NCBI GenBank assembly: GCA_963707985.1
Contig: CAVPRW010000034.1
Location: 83,638-147,637, forward strand
Source of the DNA: an uncultured Nitrospinota bacterium
Lineage (GTDB): Bacteria; Tectomicrobia; Entotheonellia; J063; CAVPRW01
Direction: 5' to 3'
Length of the DNA: 64,000 nt
The position numbers and the translations under genes are program-made. Positions 56,313 through 64,000 of this stretch are shown here, in pieces (the first letter of the stretch is position 1; each line of letters starts with the position of its first letter). The notes under the pieces were generated by a model. The model was given only the letters and a program-made list of their open reading frames with translations. It had not been told where the DNA came from and did no database searches.

Positions 56313-57656
56313 ATGGGATCAAAACCCAGTGTCGAAGACCTGCTCGCCAAGGCACGCAAACCGGCTGAGGATGCGCTGCGACTTCATCCCGTGTACCACG
56401 GCAAGTTAGAAGTGATCCCGAAATGCCCGATCACGGACCTCGCGGATTTTGCCATCTGGTACAGTCCGGGAGTCGCCGCTCCCTGTCGTGACATCGAACA
56501 GCATCCCGAGAGAGTGTTTGAGCATACCAACAAAGGCAATTGCATCGCCATCGTTTCCGACGGCACCAGAGTGCTGGGGCTGGGTGATATCGGCCCGCAT
56601 GCGGCACTCCCCGTCATGGAAGGTAAAGCCGTCCTGTTTAAATATCTCGGGGGCGTCGATGCGTTTCCGCTCTGCCTCGCCACCAAAGATCCAGACGACA
56701 TCATCCAAGCCTGCAAGTGGCTTGAACCCTCATTTGGCGGTATCAATCTCGAAGATATCGCCAAGCCCAAATGCTTTTATATCTTGGACAGACTGCGTGA
56801 GGAACTGAATATTCCCGTCTGGCATGATGACCAGCAGGGGACCGCCGCAGTCATGCTGGCTGGACTGATGAACGCCCTGAAGGTGGTTGGCAAAACTAAA
56901 GATGCGGTGAAGATCTCGATGATTGGTGCAGGAGCAGCCAATATCGCCGTGTCGAGAATTCTGATCGCGGCGGGTTTTCCGGCAGACCACCTGATGATGG
57001 TCGATACCAAGGGCTTATTGAATAAGGGCCGAGATGACCTGCGCACACCTGAGAATAGCATAAAATGGCACATCTGCGAGATCTCCAATGGCGAGGGTCG
57101 AACGGGTGGCATCCCTGAGGCGATGCAAGGGACCGACGTCTGCATCGCCCTGTCTCGCCCCGATCCAGGGCTGATCCAGCCGGCATGGGTCGCATCCATG
57201 GCCAAGGATGCCATCGTGTTCGCCTGTGCAAATCCGCTTCCAGAGATTTGGCCATGGGAGGCCAAGGACGCTGGCGCCAGGGTCGTGGCCACAGGACGAT
57301 CCGACTTTCCCAATCAGGTCAATAATGCGTTGGGCTTCCCGGCCATCTTTCGAGGGGTCCTCGACGTCGAAGCCACGAAAATCACTGACGAGATGTGTAT
57401 TGCCGCCGCCGAAGAACTGGCGAAGTGTGCCGAGGAAAAAGGGCTCTCAGAAGAATATATTCTACCCCGCATGGACGACTGGGATGTGTTTCCCCGTGAA
57501 GCGGCAGCCGTAGGCCTGAAAGCCATCGAGCTAGGCATTGCCAGAAGGGCCATGACGCAGGAGGCACTTCTCGATAAAGCCTCCACACTCATGAACAGAG
57601 CCAAAGCTATCACGCGAACGCTCATGCAACACGGGATCATACCAAAGGCAGGATAA
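56313..57656 (+). CDS. NAD(P)-dependent malic enzyme
   Basis: YSPGVA, VLGLGDIG, MEGKA, INLEDI, HDDQQGTA, GAGAA, GRSDFPNQVNN. Confidence 0.95.
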   Translation: MGSKPSVEDLLAKARKPAEDALRLHPVYHGKLEVIPKCPITDLADFAIWYSPGVAAPCRDIEQHPERVFEHTNKGNCIAIVSDGTRVLGLGDIGPHAALPVMEGKAVLFKYLGGVDAFPLCLATKDPDDIIQACKWLEPSFGGINLEDIAKPKCFYILDRLREELNIPVWHDDQQGTAAVMLAGLMNALKVVGKTKDAVKISMIGAGAANIAVSRILIAAGFPADHLMMVDTKGLLNKGRDDLRTPENSIKWHICEISNGEGRTGGIPEAMQGTDVCIALSRPDPGLIQPAWVASMAKDAIVFACANPLPEIWPWEAKDAGARVVATGRSDFPNQVNNALGFPAIFRGVLDVEATKITDEMCIAAAEELAKCAEEKGLSEEYILPRMDDWDVFPREAAAVGLKAIELGIARRAMTQEALLDKASTLMNRAKAITRTLMQHGIIPKAG

Positions 57657-57829
57657 ACGCCAATTGTTCCCCCCATGGCCTCTTTCTTGGAGTTAGAGAT
57701 GCTGGCGCCGTCTTCGCGAGGTCTCTTACCTGGCTCTTTGTCTGTCTCGGGGGCACATGTTGACCATTTCCGCTTCTCCCTTTTTAGCCCGAATTGGCCC
57801 TCAGTGACACGGCGGCCTGTGACATCGCT

Positions 57830-58240
57830 CTAGGCTGGCCAGCGAATGGCTGTTCCCGCTAAGGTCTCATCCCCTGTGCGGAGCGCGAGTGCATACAGCG
57901 ACACAATGCCGACCAGGTTCTGATGCTCATCACCGATCGCCAGGTGACGGATCTGCTTGTCTTTCATGAGTTGGATAGCTGAGGTCACGTCAGCGTCCTC
58001 ATGGCACCAAATGACGTCTGGCGTCATGATCTCCCGGACTCTGGTGGTGGTGGGATCCCGACCTTCCGCTACGGCTCGCACGGTGATATCGCGATCGGTG
58101 AGGATGCCGATCGCTTGCTCGCCTCCGTGGACCAAGAGTGACCCAACATGGCTTGCCTTCATCTGCTGGGCGGCTTCCTGTAATGTGGCGTCGGGGCGAA
58201 TCACGTACACAGCAGGGGTCATCACCTCTCTCAGCTGCAT
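57830..58240 (-). CDS. CBS domain-containing protein
   Basis: MQLREVMT, GILTDRDITVRAVAEG, GIVSL. Confidence 0.9.
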   Translation of the reverse strand: MQLREVMTPAVYVIRPDATLQEAAQQMKASHVGSLLVHGGEQAIGILTDRDITVRAVAEGRDPTTTRVREIMTPDVIWCHEDADVTSAIQLMKDKQIRHLAIGDEHQNLVGIVSLYALALRTGDETLAGTAIRWPA

Positions 58241-58338
58241 GATTGCCTCTCCTTTGATTCTAGCCTCGCATGTGGTCGTCAGCTCGGATCCTTCTAGCGC
58301 CCGAGCAGAACATGTACAGCTGCCTCTCTCGGTTGGAG

Positions 58339-58354
58339 AGCAAGGCATATGCCG
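58339..58354 (-). promoter_or_regulatory. Putative sigma-54 promoter
   Basis: CGGCATATGCCTTGCT; enhancer-like TGGGACAGAATGACTCG at 58419-58435. Confidence 0.6.
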
Positions 58355-58788
58355 CGGCCTGCTTCGCGCCACAAGAGCGACTTCGGTGCTTCTGCCTGGT
58401 CCGATGAGGAGCCATTCATGGGACAGAATGACTCGGATATGGGGCGGATTACCTCATTCGCGCCTGCGGCTCGCTCTTGAGCACACGGCAAAGCACCCCG
58501 CGGCCAGCTCCTGGCAGAAGGCCGACATGCAGGCCAACTCGTCCTGCACTGTCTGATGGATGGGGGGGATCGCGTCAGCCACGGGAACCCCGGGTTGGAG
58601 GAGGATCATGGATGTGCTGGATGTGGATGGTATGCATAGGTCTTTCGCCGCTGTAAACGTAGGGCTGTGGTGAATTGATCTCCGTCGGCCTGGAACTAAC
58701 CCCCGAATCTGCACGCCTGAGAGGTTGACAGTGAGCGGCGAACCCGCTACAGTGCGGATTCTTGCACGCCAGCAGATGGAGACATCCG

Positions 58789-58905
58789 ATGACTTCGAAT
58801 CGCTGAGAGGTTCCCGTCGAGACCCTCCGGGCCCGCTTCGATGCCCAAGACTTCCCGTTCGCCACGCCCGAGGACCTTTCCAACCTGGAGCACCTCATCG
58901 CCTGG
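58789..58905 (+). pseudogene. Lon-like (LonC/AAA_32) protease N-terminal remnant
   Basis: EVPVETLRARFDAQDFPFATPEDLSNLEHLI; in-frame stop. Confidence 0.45.
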
Positions 58906-59117
58906 TTGCTTTTGGGCGCGCAGGGGGGATACCTCATCTTTAATTGAGACGGCAAGAACTTTACGCCTGACCGGACATAGCCTGGGCCGTCGGGTTCTAT
59001 CACTCCCAAGTCGGTCCGCATCCTTGTGTATAGCATGCTGCACGAGCTGACGACAGAGCATTGGTAGCACAGGCGTGGAAGGCGCCCTCTGCATCCCATG
59101 ACCGCAGGAGGTATGTC

Positions 59118-59831
59118 GTGCCATCGAATCGCTCGTGGTATAGCCGATTGTGGTATTTGCAGCATTTCAATCTGTTTCAGGAATTTACTCGGGAAGAATT
59201 GCTGCCCATCGCACGGCTGGTCGATCCCCACGAACTCGCACGCCACACCCACCTATATCATAGCGGCGATCCGGCAGACCATGTCTATTTCCTGATCGAA
59301 GGGCAGGTGAAGATTTACCAAAAAAACCCGTCCGGTCGGCGGATCACGATGGCAATCCTGCAGCCGGGTGAAGTCTTTGGGGGACTCAACACCTATCCGG
59401 CGTTCGAGCAGGAGGCGGAGGCGCTGGAGCCGAGCACCATTTATGCGGTCCGCACCCAGGATTTCCGCGCCCTCCTTGAGAGGAAACCTGGGCTGGGTTT
59501 GCAGGTCATGCGGCACCTTGGCCAGCGCCGGCGGTTGCTGGAACGGAAGATCGCCAGCCTGGTGTTCAAAGATGTGCCGACCCGGCTGGCCGAGACCCTG
59601 CTGGAGTTGGCCGAGGATCTCGGGCAGCCCTGCACGCATGGGTTTGCCCTCGATCTGGTGCTAACCCAGCAAGAGCTCGCGGACTTGATCGGCGCGACGC
59701 GCCAGATCGTCAATGCCACGCTCAAGCAGTGGCAGCACCAAGGGAAAGTGGTGCTACACCGTCATCGCATCTGCCTCGCTGATCGCGACGCGTTACGCAA
59801 CGTCGCCGCCTCCGCCCACAATCCGTCCTAG
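59118..59831 (+). CDS. Crp/Fnr family transcriptional regulator
   Basis: YFLIEGQVKI, PGEVFG, RLAETLL, LTQQELADLIGATRQIVN HTH. Confidence 0.93.
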   Translation: MPSNRSWYSRLWYLQHFNLFQEFTREELLPIARLVDPHELARHTHLYHSGDPADHVYFLIEGQVKIYQKNPSGRRITMAILQPGEVFGGLNTYPAFEQEAEALEPSTIYAVRTQDFRALLERKPGLGLQVMRHLGQRRRLLERKIASLVFKDVPTRLAETLLELAEDLGQPCTHGFALDLVLTQQELADLIGATRQIVNATLKQWQHQGKVVLHRHRICLADRDALRNVAASAHNPS

Positions 59832-60328
59832 CCCGCGAAGCGTGTCCTGAATAAGAGTACTGTTGGTTTGCCCTCTGCTTGTGTCATTTGGTGGACACAT
59901 GCAGCTTGACACGTCTGAACGGCGGTCTATGTTTTCTGGTAGCCAAAGCGCTCAGGGGGCAGACTGCTGTCTGACGGGGGAAGATACCAACGGTATCTTC
60001 CTCATCCACGTCAACAGCCGCTCTCAGTACTCCTTTCCGTACGGCATAGCACCGCCGCGTCCATCACATCGACATGGCTATCGTCAGCCACGCATTAAGC
60101 CGACAGTGTGGCACTGAGACCACTGCAGTCCATCTACAGGTGCTCATCGGTGCAGAGGTGTGAGGCGAAGCCATATCGGACCCAGGGGGGGCACGTCGCA
60201 GCTTGCTCGTGTGTGGTGTCACACCGTATGCATATTCGACGACGGGACATGTCAGATGGCCGCATCGGAAGGAGGTGTCAGCACAAGAGCAATGCTCGCG
60301 TCGCCGCCCTGCCAATGGAGGACGCCAG

Positions 60329-60880
60329 ATGAGCCGGGAGATCCCTCTGGAACAACGGATGACCGAACTTTTGCGCCAGCTGCAGCTGTTCGTCAAAGGT
60401 CCCACTTTTTCGCTTCGCTTGGACGAGATTCGCGCCATAGCGGCCGAACTGATGACATGTTGGGCCAGGTATCGAAGGGACAGCAGAGAGGGCGATACCA
60501 GGCCCCTCGGCTTACCGACAACTCGGCACCTGGTCGATTTCCCATATACTCGCGACGAACTGCATGCCCTATTTGCCGTGGCATGCTGGGAGGATGTCGA
60601 GCATGGCGGCTGCTATGATGTCGGGAGCGTGGCCATGAACCTCTGGACCCGCCCCTGGCCCCCGGAGTGGAGCGTGTCCCCTTCCGATGACAGTGCACTC
60701 AGGGGGACGTTCCACTTTGCTTGGGGCAAACCCCCTGGCCTATGGCAAATTGAGACGGACATGGGGTGGACACTGGCAGACCTCCTGCAAGAGCTGGGAC
60801 AATTAGAACTTAAGGCGCTGGGACGCCTCAAACACGGCGCCATGCCACCAGACACGAGGCCGCCGCACGGGAGAGTCTGA
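60329..60880 (+). CDS. Hypothetical protein
   Basis: 183-aa ORF with GGAGG RBS; no motif recognised. Confidence 0.55.
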   Translation: MSREIPLEQRMTELLRQLQLFVKGPTFSLRLDEIRAIAAELMTCWARYRRDSREGDTRPLGLPTTRHLVDFPYTRDELHALFAVACWEDVEHGGCYDVGSVAMNLWTRPWPPEWSVSPSDDSALRGTFHFAWGKPPGLWQIETDMGWTLADLLQELGQLELKALGRLKHGAMPPDTRPPHGRV

Positions 60881-61042
60881 TGGCCGGTCCGTCTCTTGTC
60901 GTAAGATTATGAGATGGCCGCACGCGTCACCCCAACTGGTGGTGAGGGTGGATGGCGTTAAAATGGCCCACGTCTCGTCCAGCTTACCAGCGGCTCAGCA
61001 ATCTGATCGTGTAGGGATAAGCCAGGAGACTGGGTACGTATA

Positions 61043-62098
61043 ATGCTCGACATCGACGGCGGACAACATACGGGCAGTGGCACCATTGTGCGGTATGCCG
61101 TAGCCCTCGCAGCCCTCCTGGGTCAGCCGCTCCACCTGTTCAATGCACGGGCCAAACGGCCGACGCCGGGACTACGGTCGCAACATGTCGCCTCGGTGTT
61201 GGCCTGCGCTGAGCTGTGTGGGGCGAAGACCGATGGGGTGAAGGTCGGATCTCGCGAATTCTCGTTCGCCCCAGGCGTGCGGATCAAGGGCGGTGACTTC
61301 GCCTGGGATATCGGCACAGCCGGCTCCACGACAATGCTGGCGCTGAGCATGTTGCCACTGGCGTGCTTCGCCGATCGCCCTGTCACCGCTCGCATTACAG
61401 GAGGGGTCTTCCAAGACTTTGCCCCCTCACCACACCACATGCAGCATGTCCTCCTGCCTTTGCTCCGGCGTATGGGCGTGGCGATGGAACTGCAGGTGAT
61501 CAGACCCGGCTATGTGCCCCGGGGTGCTGGCACCATCGAACTGCGAGTTCGGCCCGTGAAGCATACCCTGAACGCGCTCACCTTGACCGAGCAAGGCCTT
61601 ATAGGTGAGGTTTCCGGCATCGCCTTCTCCAGTCACCTGGCGGAGCGTCGTGTCAGCGAGCGCATGGCGCGCATTTGCGAACAGTACCTGGTCCATGCCG
61701 GTCTCTCCCCGACCATCCAGCGCATGGACGATACGACCGCGCCGCACGCCGGCGCGAGCCTGGCTGTGTGGGCGGAAACCTCCACCCGCTGCCTAGTGGG
61801 AGCAGACCGCGCTGGCGCTGTCCGACGCAGCTCGGAGGCTATCGGGCGATTTGTGGCTGAAATGCTGTTGGCGGACCTGGCCACCGGCGCGACGGTTGAC
61901 CGCCATCTCGCCGACCAACTTGTTCTCTTCGCGGCACTGGCGGACGGCACCTCCCATTATCGCGTGCCATTCCAGACCGCACACCTTGATAGCAATCTCT
62001 GGATCGTTTCCGTGTTTGGGGTGCAGACGAGCTTCCGAGAATCGCAGGTCACGATCCAAGGTCTGGGCTTCCACCGTCAGCACGGGAGCCCCTATTAG
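61043..62098 (+). CDS. rtcA: RNA 3'-terminal phosphate cyclase
   Basis: IDGG...GSGTIVR, PGLRSQH, GTAGST, GYVPRGAG, VDRHLADQL (catalytic His). Confidence 0.92.
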   Translation: MLDIDGGQHTGSGTIVRYAVALAALLGQPLHLFNARAKRPTPGLRSQHVASVLACAELCGAKTDGVKVGSREFSFAPGVRIKGGDFAWDIGTAGSTTMLALSMLPLACFADRPVTARITGGVFQDFAPSPHHMQHVLLPLLRRMGVAMELQVIRPGYVPRGAGTIELRVRPVKHTLNALTLTEQGLIGEVSGIAFSSHLAERRVSERMARICEQYLVHAGLSPTIQRMDDTTAPHAGASLAVWAETSTRCLVGADRAGAVRRSSEAIGRFVAEMLLADLATGATVDRHLADQLVLFAALADGTSHYRVPFQTAHLDSNLWIVSVFGVQTSFRESQVTIQGLGFHRQHGSPY

Positions 62099-62745
62099 GG
62101 CTGTAGACCAGGGCTGGGGCTGGTTTGCCGTAAGAGGGCCACGACCTCAGCCTCGGAGACCTGCGAGAAATCCTCGTAAAACTGCCCCACGGCGTAGAAG
62201 TCCTCTGGCACCTCCAAGCAAACCACCTCATCCGCTTCCGCCGCGACCTGCCGCACGGTGCTGGGGGGCGCCACGGCCGCAGCGGCGATGAGCTTGGCAG
62301 GCTGGTGGGCTCGGACCGCCCGGAGCGCGGCGATCATGCTCGCCCCCGTGGCGACACCGTTATCCACGACGATGACCACCCGCCCTGCCGGGTCAATCGG
62401 GGGGCGGATGGGGGTGTACATGGCCCGGCGTTTGCGCAGTGTTTCCAGCTGAGCCGCCTTCTCCCTTGCGATATACGCTTCCGTGACCCCGAGGGCACCG
62501 ACATCATCGCTCAGATACAGCTGCCCGGCTTCATCCACCGAGCCGATCGCGAATTCTGGCTGCCCTGGCGCCCCCAGCTTATGAACCAAGACCACGTCGA
62601 GCTCGCCCTCGAGGGCGTTGGCGATGATTTTGGCCATGGGCACGGCGCCACGGGGAATCCCCAAGACCAATGGCCGCTGGCCGCGGTAGCCCACTAAGCG
62701 CTCGGCCAGCAGATGTGCAGCGTGCTCGCGATCATGAAACAGCAT
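62095..62745 (-). CDS. Phosphoribosyltransferase family protein
   Basis: LGIPRGAVP, KLGAPGQPE, VVDNGVATGASM, AVGQFY. Confidence 0.92.
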   Translation of the reverse strand: MLFHDREHAAHLLAERLVGYRGQRPLVLGIPRGAVPMAKIIANALEGELDVVLVHKLGAPGQPEFAIGSVDEAGQLYLSDDVGALGVTEAYIAREKAAQLETLRKRRAMYTPIRPPIDPAGRVVIVVDNGVATGASMIAALRAVRAHQPAKLIAAAAVAPPSTVRQVAAEADEVVCLEVPEDFYAVGQFYEDFSQVSEAEVVALLRQTSPSPGLQP

Positions 62746-62905
62746 GATGCGCCCTCCCTCATACATACACCTGCCGGCCAGGGCCGGCTCCAATCACTTG
62801 AGGCATTGCCTGATGCACCAAACGCCAGAAATCCTCCTGTGACCCTGCTTCGATGCGCAAGTCGTGTGCCGAGGGCCTCCTGCTTCATCTGCCAGATCTC
62901 AACGC

Positions 62906-63079
62906 TTAGCTCTTCTTGGACGTTTTGGTCTGGAAGTGGGAAATCTGCTGCACGACCTTTGCACTCCCACACCCCGGGCACTGAAAGCCTTCCTTCCGCT
63001 TGCGTTCGGCCTCGGCAATGGACAAGGCCATGGTGAAATCTTTGCCGCATTGTTGACACAGAAACTCATAGATCGGCAT
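62906..63079 (-). CDS. FmdB-family zinc ribbon protein
   Basis: MPIYEFLCQQCG...CPGCGS. Confidence 0.88.
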   Translation of the reverse strand: MPIYEFLCQQCGKDFTMALSIAEAERKRKEGFQCPGCGSAKVVQQISHFQTKTSKKS

Positions 63080-63220
63080 GGTCGGTTCTCCTCCGCAGCA
63101 TCTGATCACGTTTCATCGAGAGGCATGACTAACCCTACCTTGGGAAGTGCTCGAACCCTCTCGCTCTTCGGGAAATGGCTCCACAGGCGACACGTGAACG
63201 ATCTCTTTCCCGCGCCGGGC

Positions 63221-63631
63221 TCACGTGCCGACGATTGTGACGAATTCGGGCTCGATCACGCGGCTGAGGATATCGGCTCGAGCGATCACCCCGATGAGCT
63301 TACCATCCTCGCCCACGACTGGCAGCCGGATGATGTGATGTTCTGTCATCTTGGCGATAACATCATCAAGTGTATCCTCCTCTTGCGCACAGACCACAGT
63401 TCGACTCATGATCTCCTCTGCCTTGGCCGTCTGCAGATCTTTGCCCTCTCGGATCGCCGTAAGCAGGTCGAACTCTGTCACAACGCCGATCACCTGACCC
63501 TGGCCATTCACCACCGGCAGGCCACTGTACATCCCTGAGAGCAACTGGAGCGCCAGATCGCGCCCGATCGCCCGTGGCGTCGCCGCGGTGACCCGACGGT
63601 TCATCACGTGACGGGCTTTCAGCTCTGTCAT
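63221..63631 (-). CDS. CBS domain-containing protein
   Basis: SGLPVV...GVVTEFDLL; IRLPVV...GVIARADIL. Confidence 0.92.
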   Translation of the reverse strand: MTELKARHVMNRRVTAATPRAIGRDLALQLLSGMYSGLPVVNGQGQVIGVVTEFDLLTAIREGKDLQTAKAEEIMSRTVVCAQEEDTLDDVIAKMTEHHIIRLPVVGEDGKLIGVIARADILSRVIEPEFVTIVGT

Positions 63632-63714
63632 GGTTAAATCTCCTGTCCAGATGAGACGATTGCTCGCGGGCTCTCCTGCATCAAGGGAGAGTGCTCAGCC
63701 CGCCACATTGAAGC

Positions 63715-63730
63715 AGCAAGATCTATGCCC
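63715..63730 (-). promoter_or_regulatory. Putative sigma-54 promoter
   Basis: GGGCATAGATCTTGCT, GG-N10-GC. Confidence 0.6.
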
Positions 63731-64000
63731 TCAGTGACCCTCAGCACCTCTCGCGTAGACCGGCATCCTACATCCAATGGCCGTACTTATCCCAGCGCGC
63801 ACTCCCCAAGCTGGTCGACTTGTTCCGGCCCCCGCTCACCGATTGCGTCCCAGGCAATTTCGATGGCGCCGCATTGTCCTTCGCTTCTCGGACGGGGAGC
63901 TGCACGTGGATCTACAGGGGACTCTGAGATGGATCATCGATGGCGGAGGATGTGCTGCGGCTTACCCCGGTGCCGTTGCTTCCGATACGGGCGGCGCCGG

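Overview
GC-rich bacterial accessory region. The IS repertoire and gene style are reminiscent of Ca. Tectomicrobia/Entotheonella-like genomes, but this is unverified inference. Three layers are visible. (1) A large apparent sigma-54 regulon: two sensor kinase/NtrC-family pairs, single-domain response regulators, several CBS proteins, an acsA-pdhA-pdhB-pdhC-ACP operon, CbpA/CbpM, a triheme cytochrome c, malic enzyme, S53 and C25 peptidases. About 11 GG-N10-GC promoters and a recurring TGGGRCA-N3-TGYCCCA palindrome link many of these genes. Crp/Fnr, RtcA and a phosphoribosyltransferase lie nearby. (2) A decayed middle section (~25-54 kb) with many gene fragments, IS remnants (IS3, IS6, ISKra4, IS481, IS701, ISNCY-like) and an IS3-interrupted TIR + nSTAND1-type NTPase locus. 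(3) Four dispersed fragments of comM/yifB, two sharing the same breakpoint. An IS with a 9-bp target duplication has inserted at one of these junctions, and its left end is a 221-bp symmetric module with four 25-bp palindromes. Many single-base frameshifts occur in otherwise intact genes, from long-read indel errors or erosion. No rRNA, tRNA or CRISPR array was recognised.
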